From Syncephalis fuscata S228 (taxonomy: Eukaryota; Fungi; Zoopagomycota): a DNA stretch of 64,000 nt. The DNA lies in assembly GCA_025786725.1 (NCBI GenBank), contig JAHLTZ010000056.1:31745-95744 (forward strand), given 5' to 3'. The notes under the pieces are model-generated. The model saw only the letters and a list, made by a program, of their open reading frames with translations, did no database searches and had not been told where the DNA came from. The translations under genes were made by a program, and so were the position numbers. Shown here one piece after another: positions 50,468 through 63,083 of the stretch (positions are counted from its first letter, which is position 1; every line of letters begins with the position of its first letter).

Positions 50468-50678
50468 TATAAAACAAAGACTGTCCAAGTTAACAACAAG
50501 ATGTCAATAAGATCAAGGATATACGCAATAAACACGTTTCCTATAAGTGCAATAGTGATTGAATTTGACCAAAACTGTGGAATCGTAGTATTTGAAGAAA
50601 AGATGGCTGTAGTGTAAGTAAAAGACCAAACACGCACACGTCATTTGTGAAATAGTAAAAATAAACAAGTCATCGACG

Positions 50679-50700
50679 GTGTGTGTGTGTGTGTGTGTGT
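50679..50700. repeat. (GT)n microsatellite
   Basis: About 11 GT units seen directly. Confidence 0.9.
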
Positions 50701-50914
50701 GGTGTAATTCGCCTTTTAATTACCTTGATTATTACCGTTCTTGATTATTATTATTATTATTATTAAACCACATTTTTCCTTTGGTAATATTGATCAAAGT
50801 ATTTTCCTTTTATCATCTATCGTCGGTGTTGGTATTACTGTCACCTTTAGTTTATAGTGTGGCGATAATAGGATAAAGCGCATGCAATAGGCGTGGCACG
50901 TTGTTATAATCGAT

Positions 50915-53269
50915 ATGAGCCTGCTCTATACAGTGGTTAAATCGCTTGGGTAATTATTGGCTTGTATTTAAAGATCGCGCTTCTAATACAGCTCCATAGG
51001 GTCTCAGTATCTATTTATCGCTCATTCAAGGCATTAAAGCATAGACAAGCAGCTGATCGTCGTGGCTGGTTGCAATTCTGGCTAACTGTTGTATGTCTAC
51101 AACAGGCAGAGGGATTTGCTGATTGGTTATGCTTTTGGCAAGTGACATTAGTTTACAAGACAATATACAAGCATCTAACTAACACATGATATACACATAG
51201 GCTACCTTTCTACGATGAGCTGAAGGCATTGGCTGTATTATGGTTGATTATCTCTGGCACTTGGGTAAGTCAATCTGAGTAGGCTATTTGCTGGTTGATT
51301 GCTAATTAATCTAATAGGGTGCTACTGTACTGTATCATACAAGTGTCCGGCCTTTTATTGCTGTTCATGAAAAATTCGTTGATTATTATGTGACAGGGGC
51401 AAGTATTATATGTGTATATGTAAAGTGAAGAGCAATACTAATAGTTGATTATAGTATGGATCATTTGTATGGCGTGTAGTGGCGTGGATTGGTGGCAAAA
51501 TATGGCATAATAGTATAGCACTTGGACGACTAATTTTAATGAGAGTAAGTTGATTTGTGTATATGTAAATTATAATTAATTAATTAATTAATTTAATTAA
51601 CTATAGCCATTGAAGAAACAAAATGTGCCATCGCCCAAACTACAAGGAAACGAGAAAGGCGTCGTGGTAAAGAGAAGCGCGTTGAATTTGCACCAGAAAT
51701 GGATGAGGCATCACAATTGGCACCTCCATCACCATTACCAAATAGTTACATTTACCGGGTATGCCTCGTGGCACTACTTATCGTCGAGCGGCAAAAGCAG
51801 TAGAGAAGGAACGGCAGCGTACATACGGATCACGTTTGCCATCACTGCCATCTTCTGCACAACGCACAATACCCAATCGACCTGCTTATCAAATTGGCTC
51901 TCCAGCAAGTCATGGTTATTATAACAACGGACGTCATCCGGCAACACCAATAGCCTATGACGGTAAACGTAAGAAGCTAACACCGGCTGTTGCTCGTCTT
52001 CGAGACCAATACTCAGCCCCATCGCCTAAAGCATCATCTCAGCCATTATGGGCGGCACCTACTAGTGCCCATGCACTTCCTCTACATCGTCGAACAAACC
52101 TACGTATGAGTGCTCAGCCAACACCGATCAATCCATTATTAACATCGCCTTTGGCTGGTCGTTCTACACGTCGAACCAACACTGAACGCTTACCAATGTT
52201 TCCCGAACTTGGTCTACTTGATGACGACAATGAAGGTCCATTAGCAATATCCACTCCATCACGTCCTTTACGAAAGCACAGAACCCAAGCGGCAATGCCA
52301 TCGCCATTCTTAGTGGATAGCAATGCTGTGGAATATACTCCATTCTCTTTATCATTGGCCAATAAACAGGTTGACACTTCTATATCACTACCAGGCGTAC
52401 CAGGCGACTTTCCAACACCAGTGGCGCGTAAACGGCCTGCATCGGATGAGGAACAGCTACCACCACCACCGCCACAGCAATTACCATCAATCAATGATAG
52501 AAAACGTGCCAAGCATCGGGTCGCTTTATTGCAACAGAAACGACCTCATACGGCAGTTGATGTTATTGATAGTGAAAAGACTAATGCTGAACCTAAACGA
52601 CCACGATCCAATAGTGAAGTTGAACGGGAAATGTTATTTAACGTGGATACCGCAACATCGATAGAAGAAGAGAACGAAGAAAAAGAGAATGAAGAATTGG
52701 CTGATACTACTCCAGTACTGCCTAAACGACCAGTAATGCCATCACGGCTCAAGGAAGTGGCACATGATACAGATATGAAAAATAAGCTAGATGGATTAAA
52801 CGAAACAGATACGGCAAGTAATACATTTGTCCAAGCAAAAGAGTCTGTAATTATGATTGGAGATACAACAGAAGAAGAAACAGAAGAGCTTAATGATGCT
52901 ATTGAGGATGATATAGAAGAAGAAGAAGAAGGTCCAGTTACAGTTGATCTGCCATTAAATGTAGCTATAAGTAGTGAAAGTGAAGTAGATGATGAAAGAA
53001 AAGATGCTACGTATACAGAAGAACAAGCAGAAGCTGAAATGTCAGAATCAGATTTTGATATTGATCCGATGAAACGACGAAATTCTGGAAAATCGCGCTA
53101 TTTATCATTGCCAAAAATCGACTTTTCATCAGCACCTCAACAGGAAGAGACGGAAGTAACAGCAGTACCAACAACAACGACAACAGATGCAATCGACAAT
53201 GATATAACACCGAAACAAAAAAAGCAAAATACAAAAGCACGCCGACGTCGTTCATCAAAGCTTAATTAA
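50915..53269 (+). CDS. TB2/DP1/HVA22 (REEP-like) domain protein with long disordered basic/acidic C-terminus
   Basis: YRSFKALK, WLQFW, WLPFYDELK, GATVLYHTSVRPF across short exons. Joins ORF 51761-53269 only via one or two apparent frameshifts at ~51650-51760. Confidence 0.75.
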
Positions 53270-53575
53270 TAAATATACAAGTGTGTACATCAATAAAGAG
53301 ATACTCATATATTGCTAAAAGATTAGAATATGGTCACTTTTTATTGTTATTGGTGTTGTTGTTTATTTGTTTGCTATAAAATAGTTATAATAATACTATT
53401 CATTAACAAAGCCATTATTTTTATTTCTTAGCATTATTGCTGCCATTCAATTTCCTTATTCCGCCTTTTATCCGTTTGTCACCTCCTCTTTACTGGATTC
53501 CTCCCTCGTTCTTTTCTTTCTTGCTATCTATCTATCTACCTATCTATTATTGTTCAGTGTTATTGCTGCTTCAAT

Positions 53576-54287
53576 ATGGCTACGCCCAACGATCCATTCC
53601 TTGCTACCCACGAATACAAGGAGAAGAATTCGTTGCCGTCATCGGTGCCAGCGGTCGATGAGATTGGCGCGACCAGTGCTCCACTAACCTCGGCAGCGTT
53701 TTTTATCGGTGCTCATTGTAAGGCATACAACGAGGATTTCATGCTATGCAAGGCTGAAAACGGCGATCCAGCTCATTGTTTGAAAGAAGGTCGCAAAGTG
53801 ACCCGTTGCGCTGCTGATGTGTAAGTTGCCAGAATGAACGCGTTATTATCGCTATATATGTATGTATATATGTATCTACAGTGACCACTCCACTGTGTCT
53901 ATATTATACTTGATAGCTACATAACATACGCGCTTCCGTGTATTATATACTTGTTATATATAAATATTTATATTATATATTTGTTTGTTCTATACATTCT
54001 AGGATTCGTCAGTTGCGTGCCAATTGTGCTGAAGAATTCGAACGCCACTGGAAGTGTTTAAACGAACATAACTTGGAGTTACCGGGCTGTCGATCGGAGG
54101 AACGACCCCTCAACGACTGTGCCTTTTCCAAATTGGTATGTAAATGGTCGCGACTATAGCTACTGATGCTATTGGCGATATGATGATGGTGTATTAACAA
54201 TGGAAATAGGGTCTTAAAAAAGTGATTCCAGGTAGTTCTCCACACTCGGCACCGATACACGAGAAGAAAAAGCCATATTATAGTTAG
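53576..54287 (+). CDS. NDUFA8: NADH:ubiquinone oxidoreductase subunit A8 (20.8 kDa)
   Basis: VDEIGATSAPLTSAAFFIGAHCKAYNEDFMLCK...HCLKEGRKVTRCA, then CX9C motifs in exon 2 and ...PIHEKKKPYYS*. Confidence 0.95.
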
Positions 54288-55724
54288 GATAAAGCCACTG
54301 GCGAATCTTTAGAGGATGTTATTTTGGTGCTTCAGCCTTTAATAAAGATGCTTAAGAAACATTACTAATCAATGAACGCGTATTATAGAATGCAACCAAT
54401 TGTTTTAGTCTTTATCTAGCTGTTTAAGGCTTTTAATAATACCTTTCAACAAATAGTTTATAAAACAACTTAAATATATAACGATAATTTATAGCAATAA
54501 TAAATGATAGATATAAAAGTGTAATTTTTCAAGTTTGTAAATATGCAGAAATATGATTAATTAGTATAAAGACTTTGAAATCATTGATAATAGTTGCACA
54601 GTTAAATGTACACATTAAATGATTAACTATAAATGGTTAATTTATGTTGAGATAATATTGTTGTATTAAATTAGTGTTAAGGTATTGTGTAGTTAGCAAT
54701 TGTGTAATTGAAGAGTGATATTGTTTATTAAATAGTAATAACAGTCTGTGCCATATCAGTAAATAACGTACACGTATTTATATAGCTATTTTAGTTGCAA
54801 AATACTTTTTATAATCATTATATTGTCAAATTGAAACAAACAATACATTAAGATTAGTAGAATACCATTTGTAGTAATTTAATTAACCATAGAATATTCA
54901 TGCTAAGAATATCATATTATAATAGGTTTGGCTTGGTCTAATATGTAATATAATTACACTAAATAATAAAACAATAGCAGTAAAACGTAAGGTAAAAGTA
55001 TTAATTTACAGGAGCTAATGTACTTTGACTCTCTAGTTTTAAACTAGAAACAAAAAATCAATAGCTTGAATATTAAATTGTCAATCAGTTTTACTACTAA
55101 CAATTGTTATTTGTTGAAGCAGTGTCATATCAATTTCAATCGAATTAACCAGTGTCAATTAATCTGCACTATTTCCAATATCAAATAGATATTAAATAGC
55201 ATTTCATGTTACAATAAAGTATAATAAATAAATGCTGATCCATATTATTGTTGCTATAAAGTATTCAAAGCATTATAATTTGATATTTAATATAGCTCAT
55301 CATCCAGTTCCACGTTTAGTAGAGCAGCAAATATGTAGTTTAATTAAGTAAAAAATGTCAACCTGGTCTTTTAACATTGGATCACATAAGTCTACTAATG
55401 AATTAATTACTAATATGAAGCTATTATAATTTGACTCATATATTTTTTATTTACTCATTTCATCTCATTTTCTTAATACTTTTAGACATAATTAAATATT
55501 ATTCATTACTATAACGTGTATAATATTGCATCCAGCATTAATTAATTCATGTTTAATTATCAGTGCGGTAATGTAATTAATTAGTCATCTTTGTCGTTGC
55601 TTTAATATATATATATATATTGTCATTATGATATTAATCGTTCAAAATGCCATTTATTTAGTCAGATTGGCTATAAGGAAGTGGCTGTTTAATAAACAGC
55701 TTTTATAATAATTATATTAATCTT

Positions 55725-55932
55725 AATCTTACATCACAAATATACCCAAAATGCAATACTAAAATATTAGAAAATAGAAGAGACCATTTAGATGCAAGAA
55801 TCCATGCTGTACGTAGATGCAATAACAACAAATGCGGAACGATATGGAATCGTGATCAACGACTTTTATTAATACTTGATCAATTTTTTACACATAGCCA
55901 ACAACAATGAACGGTCTTAATATCTCAAAGAA
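55725..55932 (+). pseudogene. Remnant of a Fanzor/TnpB-like nuclease C-terminus (Zn finger + RuvC-III)
   Basis: Frame 3 reads NLTSQIYPKCNTKILENRRDHLDARIHAVRRCNNNKCGTIWNRD, then after frameshifts ..IN.*SI/FLHIANNNERS*YLK. Confidence 0.75.
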
Positions 55933-56411
55933 ATCAAATAGAATGTTACATTGTTTATTTAAAAGTTTAATATTATTAACACAATGTTATACTACATTTA
56001 ATTATATTCTATGGAAATGACAATGTTATTATTATATTACATTAATATTTATTATAAATGATGATTTAAACACAAATTAATCCAATCAACTTGTCAACTA
56101 TTTAAATCGTTACAATTGATTGCGCAAATGATTTACTGCTTGGGAAGTCAAAGTACAGTTTAATCAATTAATCAGCTTGTTACTTATTAGCAAAAGTTAA
56201 AGAAAATAAAGTTTTAGCTTTATATTGATAGCACACAGTAATTACTTCATTAAAGTAGTTTTAACACAGTGTTTAATAAACCGAAAGATTGCAATTATAA
56301 ATCATTAATGAGTGTAGTTCGCACAGAAATAACACTGGCATTAAAAAGGCATTAAGGAAACAAAATTGAAATAACACGCATGCGCAAGTATTAGTTTGTC
56401 ATTACTAATAT

Positions 56412-57900
56412 TTAATGACTGACAACAGATTTCATCAACTGAGCCTCCAATGGAGAGGAAGCGATGGCTTGCTTGGAACTGAATAGCAAATCGATTTCTT
56501 CGAGCGATTTTCCTTTGGTTTCTGGTACACAGAAGTAGACCCAGATGCACATCGTGACTAAGAAACCAACCAAGATTAGGTAGAAGCCCCAACCGATCTT
56601 GTCCATGATCAATGGAGAAAGTAGACCGACCAGGATGTTGAACAGCCAGTTAGAGGCAGTCGTAAGCGCAACAGCCTTGGCACGGATACCGAGTGGATAG
56701 ATTTCAGATGGAATGACCCAGCCAATTGGGCCCCAACTGAAGGCAAAGCCAGCAACAAATAGGCACATCATGACAAGACATACCCATGGAATGGCTGGAT
56801 TAGAGAAGTCTGGCTGATAAACGGCAACCAAGACAGAAAGAATAGTAAGCGCCGAAGCCATGATCACGTCGCCAGAGAGCAGCAGAGCACGACGACCAAC
56901 ACGATCGATCAAGTACATGCCAGGTAGAGTCATCACAACGTTGACTGCGCCAGAAATAGCAGTACCGAGTAGCGCGCTAGTCACTGAGGTAAAGCCAGCG
57001 CTTTTAAGAATGATGGGAGCGTAGTACATGACTACATTGATACCGGTAAGCTGTTGGAACATCTGAAGAATAACGCCAATGGCAACACGGCGCCACATGC
57101 CGTTGGCAATAAGGCCGCTCCAGCCGCTGTCGCCAACTTCGCGCTCGATACGGATAGCATCTTGAATTTCATCCAATTCCTGTTGAACAGAGCCGTTGAC
57201 GTCGTCACGGACACGTCGTAAGGCCTCTTCAGCCTCCTTAACACGGCCATGTGCCACCAACCAACGGGGCGAGTAAGGCATAAACAACATTGCAACAATC
57301 ATGCAGACAGAAAAGATCATTTGGATACCAAATGAAATACGGAAAGACGCCTCTCCCTGAATATTGGATGTACCAAGGTTGACAAGGAAAGAAATCAAAA
57401 TACCAATTGTAATAGTAAGCTGTTGGGACGTGACCAACGTACCTCGTTGCTCTTTCGGTGCTACTTCAGACAGGTAGAGAGGCACGACGGCAGACAATAT
57501 ACCAATGGCCAAACCTGCGACTACACGACCAATAATCAAGACTACGATAGTCTTAGAAATAGTTTGAAGCAAAGCTCCGACAGTAAAAACAGCTGCGCCA
57601 GCAATACATGAGATTTTACGGCCAAGTCGATCTGCAAAGCACAAATAAATTAGATAACATAATTTGATGATGTTAAAGCAGCTTACCCGAAATGTAAGAG
57701 GTGCACAAAGCGCCAATAAAGCAGCCAATTGTTAAAGATGAAACGATAAAGCCTTTAAGCAACTTGTCCTCCTCCGATTGGAAGAGAATTTGAAATGGTA
57801 TCATTTCCAGACATCCGCTAATCACGCCGACATCGAAGCCGAAAAGAAAACCGCCAATGGCGGAGGTAGCGGCCGTTACGGCCATAAATCCTTTACCCAT
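56412..57900 (-). CDS. MFS sugar porter (most canonical copy); intron 57632-57686
   Basis: GFLFGFDVGVISG, DRLGRK, SEVAP, QQLTITIG, SPRWL, QQLTGINVVMYY, SWGPIGW, NW, PETKGKSLEEI. Confidence 0.97.
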
Positions 57901-59732
57901 GATGTAGAAAATAATCAGGGACTAATTTTAAATAAAAGACAACACCAGGAAGCACGTTACTGAGTTGTTTAGACGTTTCAATGATAATAATGTGCGGTTA
58001 AAGAAATAATTACTAACACTGCGAAGACGCGCTGTGCCAGCAAACAGTAACAAGAATAAATTGGGAGTTACAATAATAGAGGTGATAATCCGAGGGAAGA
58101 TGATGCTGTGGACTAACTTGTCTGTATCATAATAATCTATGGCTTTATATAACTATCTGATTTGGCCTACAGATACAGCGGGAAAGAGGCGAAACGAAGT
58201 AGGGACCAGTTTTTTCGTGAAACCTACCTGTATCGCCTATTGCAGCTCTGCTTTACAGGCGTACCGCGGGGTATAGTCAAATAGCTAGCCGGCCAAGGCA
58301 ACGATCCTGAGTGCTCTTGTTTGGCCTTTACGCCTTCATAGCTTCTGAAAAGCGCTCCACGTGTACATATTGATTCTCGTGGATTAAATAATTGCTTTAT
58401 TCTTCGCATTAATGGCATAGTGTTGTTGAACATTGTATTTGCTACATGCAACAAGCAAGAAAACACAGTCCCAGAAGCTTTATGCCCCCCTATTCTGACG
58501 GTGCAGGTGAAAAAACAAAGCCGTGCCGCCCAGTGGACGAGTGCGTGTATGTCCATTTGCCGACACCAATAGCTGCAGCCGTTGTACGCCTGTTGACCCA
58601 TTTTGGACAGATACCGCAAAAACATTTTTATTTTACACTGTTGCCAGCTTTTACGGATACAAAAATAGAATGTCATAAACGCAGATTAGGTTGAAAAGGA
58701 CATTTACGCACTTTCTAATATTTGCACATAGAAATGTACAAAATATGCATAAATGTCATTAGCAAAAAATGACCTTTTTGCCAAGCAGACATTTAAAATT
58801 ATTATGACGATTAATGTTGAACCACAACACATCGGTGGATGAAAACAAAGAAAGGACTTGGGCTGTGTTTGTTTCGGCACTTCCTAATGTCTCAATTGCG
58901 TGTAACTTGGACTTTTTGCTATACGCAAAATGGCACAATAAAAATTTGACATTAATAACCGATTGCCCAATGAAAAATATAATATTTATGGAACATATAA
59001 TGCATCACCCTCTCTACAAACTTTTGTGCCATTATTAGTCAGCTTCATCCTCCACGCGAACCCTCAACGTTATTGTTCAAGTCAAAGATAAACAATTAGA
59101 CATTAAATAAACAGTCTTTATTTTCCATGGCTGCTGTGACTATTTATGAAAGATATTGGCAAATATATTAATAATCAAATATTTCATTAAACTGATGGCA
59201 ATTTCTGTGCAACATGATGCTAATTTGATATGGCATTCAACACTTATAGACTTGATCTGTACAACTGCATTGTTGAATGATTTGATTAGCTGGTAGAGCT
59301 ACTATAAAGCTTTTATGATGATACTGAATAATGTATACAGTACACATGACATAAACGATTGCAGTAAGCTAAGCAATAATAGCGATGAGGAGTACTACAG
59401 CTCATTGCTAGACTCAAATTAGATGACAGAGTGCCATTGCACTTGTGCCCGCCCTGTGTTATTTCAGCTGAACTATTGTCAAATTCATATAAATAGTATA
59501 GCCACGCCAAGGAATACAATAAATTGTATTTAATACACTAAAATGTCCTTTTTATCACCATTCGACTCATAGCTATGCAAAGATATATATATGAACCAAT
59601 CAAGAAGCTTGGCATTGCAAATCTATGTAACCATGCGTGTTAGCTATGGCTTCATGTTTGCCGCCATTCTGCTCTTTTTGTCGCCCTGTTGTCGCTTTAT
59701 TGTTCTAGTATACAGCATTCACAGCACTAAAT

Positions 59733-61210
59733 ATGTACGGGCTGCTAATACTGGCAACGCTGTCAGCAGCATTCAATGGCCTTTATATTGGCTATGATTA
59801 TGGTGTTATTGGTGGATTCTTTGCCATCCCCGCTTCTGAGGCGTACTTTCAATGGGAAAGCGATACGGCCAAAGGCTTTATTGCGTCCAGTTTCGTATTG
59901 GGTGGGCTATTTAGCGCGATTGTCGCAGGCTCCATTGCAGGTAAGCAAAGTTGAATTTATAGAATAGTTTGCTGATTCCCTTTTTACACCCAGATACTAT
60001 TGGACGTCGTATGTCGATCATCTCAACTGCAGTAATTTCGGCCATTGGCGGGCTATTACAAACAATTGCAGTCAACATTGCTATGCTTTACGTTGGCCGA
60101 TTTGTATCTGGCTTAGCAGTTGGTATGGCCTATGTTGTTGCGCCACTTTACATTGCAGAAGTGGCTCCAAAACAATGGCGTGGCACATTGGTATATTTTA
60201 TTCAAATCAATCTCTGTCTTGGATTACTTGTTAGCACAATTATTAATTATGGCGCTAGTTTCATCAAAGGAAATGGCAGCTTTCGGCTCATACTTGCTCT
60301 TCAAATGCTGCCACCAGTTTTTATTATTACTGGCATGCTTTTCTCGCCAGAATCCCCACGTTGGCTTATTTACAAGCACAAAACGGCGTTGGCTCGTCGG
60401 AACCTGGCAAGGTTTCGCAATATTCAACTAAATGATCCGTTATTAGACAAAGAGATCCAAATAATCCAGCAATCAATTGAAGCTGACAACAAACCAGATC
60501 AGGCAAAATGGCATCATTTAGTTAAAGATGGCATGTGGAGACGTTTATTGTTAGCCAGTGCTATCGGCAGCTTGCAGCAACTTTGCGGTATCAACGCTAT
60601 TACCTATTATTCGCCAGATATTCTTAGTATGTCAGGCATTACCGAAAGCTCCGAACAGTTGGCACTGACAATTATCTCTGGTGTCACCAATCTCATTGGT
60701 TCTATTACCGGTACGCTGCTGGTAGATCGGTTTGGACGTAGAACTATATTGGTATCTGGTGGCCTCATTATGAGCAGCACACTATTTACAATCAGTATAT
60801 TAATAGCTACTGGTGCAAAGGAGGAGACAAGCCATGCCAAAGCCTACGGAATATTGGCTATGATGTGCTTGTTTGTTGGCGCTTTTTCCTTTAGTTGGGG
60901 GCCTGTCACATGGATTTACGTAACAGAGATTTTTCCCCAGCATGCTCGCGGTAAAGCAATGGCCGTAAGTGCGACATTAAGCTGGGCATGCAATTTCATT
61001 GTGTCCCAAGTAACGCCATTGTTGTTTACTTCGCTCGGATGGGGATCGTTCCTTATATATGGCGGCGTCTGTTTAATAGGTAGTATATGGGAATATATAG
61101 TGTTTCCCGAAACAAAGCAAAAAAGCTTTGAGGAAATTAACGCCATGTTTTCGGCAAAGGATCGTCAAAACCAGAAGTTTCACTTGATGATAATGACATG
61201 CAAGATATAA
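59733..61210 (+). CDS. MFS sugar porter; intron 59941-59993
   Basis: GYDYG, DTIGRR, EVAP, PESPRWL, QQLCGIN, DRFGRR, SWGP, PETKQKSFEEI. Confidence 0.95.
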
Positions 61211-62154
61211 AAATATAACATTTTAGTTTATTATCATGTATTCAATTGTAACTTAAATGTGTAAATGATTTGGATTTTGTAATTAAATTAATAAGGTTTT
61301 GGTATGATTAAATAATTCAAAAAATAATTAAATTGCACAAGAAATTTTTGAAGCTAAATTGCTTTGTTAAAATATTGTTATATTAAGTTGCTACAATTCA
61401 ATTACATAAATGAGCGGAGTCTTAATTTAAACCGTTGTATTTATTGTACTTAAAAGCCTTCCTATCACGCATTTATGCTATTTAGCGTTTATTAGAGTTT
61501 CAACAGTATTATAAACGCTTAATACTGTTGCTCAAATAATAATAAAAATTAATTTCTTAATCTAATTTACTTTAGCTTATTATCAAGTTTACGCAGTTGC
61601 GATTTCTGTCATAAATACACTGATTCGAGTTATATTTGAACATTAAACTTATTTGATGCTTCTTGACATCTGCCTATGATCTTAAATGCAACATCGATCA
61701 TCAACTGACATTGTTGATATAAAAGTATCACATGTTTTATAAGTTATAATGTCATTGAGAGAATGCAATAACAGCAAAAAAACATATATATGTGTAAAGT
61801 GATTCTAAAGCGGATCAATTCTTTGTTGTTACTATAAAAGCTATAAGTTGTATAGCAATGCCATTCATATTCAGAATAAAAAACTAAGAATAATTTATTA
61901 CTAATCTTAGTATAACAATGCGAAAATGACCGGATAATAAGTATTACCAAATATTGTGCTAACACAGCGTCAATAACTGCTACTTCTGCATAATAAAATA
62001 TTCAAATCTATTTTCACTATGAATATTCCAAATGTAGCATCATGTATCAACAATAACATATATGGCATTGAATAGACACATCATTATTACGCCTTCTACT
62101 TTCCTCTTTATAGTCATAAAATTTGTTCATTATAATTATACGGTTCTTACCACT

Positions 62155-62818
62155 ATGAAAATCCAGAATTTACCTACTAAATGTTCTAAGTGTTGATATT
62201 CCATGACGTAGGAAACACTATGCAAGAGAATATTGAATATTATCAATAAAGAAAATAAACTTTTTATAACTCCCTGACTACCCTGACCAATCCCTGAATT
62301 AGTTTAATTACTATTGTTATTGTATAAACGTAATAACCTATAAAACTTTCATTTCCACTACATCCACTACATCTGTCTCTTCACCAAATCTATCTTCCTT
62401 AGATAGCTTAAATGGTCATTTTTCCAAAAAAAAGGCGTATGTTATGGGGTAGTCTGTCTTATGCTGAGGCACGAGATGTAGTTGAATGGATGAAAGCATT
62501 TGACTTGGAACAAACAAGTAAAAATGTACAAATAGTTATAATATAATTAAATAACTAAGATTTTAGAGCTGTTAATAAAAAGTGTTCAGCCTTTTATTTT
62601 TGGAAGCAACACTGAGTGGTAAGTATTGAATTGATTATTATTGTGCTAAAATAACGATTACTAATAACTGTGTAATAATGATTTTTATTGATATAGTGGC
62701 TATGTTATTCTGGGAGCAGCGATACCCGAGCAATGTTTTCATGTGTATATGGTAACTGTAATATTAGCATCTAATGATATGTACTAATTATTATGCTTTA
62801 ATATAGGGAAACACTTGA
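62155..62818 (+). pseudogene. Spliced gene relic of unknown family
   Basis: Three phase-compatible introns (62518-62566, 62619-62696, 62752-62806) join RMLWGSLSYAEARDVVEWMKAFDLEQT/KLLIKSVQPFIFGSNTEC/GYVILGAAIPEQCFHVYM. The upstream part has in-frame stops. Confidence 0.45.
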
Positions 62819-63083
62819 TCGCGCTAATCTTTAAATAAAAATTAATTATAAAATAAAATAGAAACAATATACTTACTAGGAACGTAATTAAGTCTATTAG
62901 TATTTGAAGATAATCCATTGGATTATCAAATATTAAACTTAATAAATCAACAAGAATCAAGTTTAATATTTAATAATTTAATGGATTACCATTGTTTTTT
63001 GTGAACTTATGGAAGAGTTATTAAAATATTAATTGATGCCGTTAAAATCATTATAAGCAATAAAATCTTAAATATGATAGCTT

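Noticed and set aside
58157-58195. Hammerhead-like CTGA...GCCT/AGGC-GAAAC
   Set aside because: Core reads CUGAUUU rather than CUGANGA, and stems I and III were not found.
58266-58271. CreA/Mig1-type GCGGGG site between divergent sugar porters
   Set aside because: A single hexamer is not distinguishable from chance.
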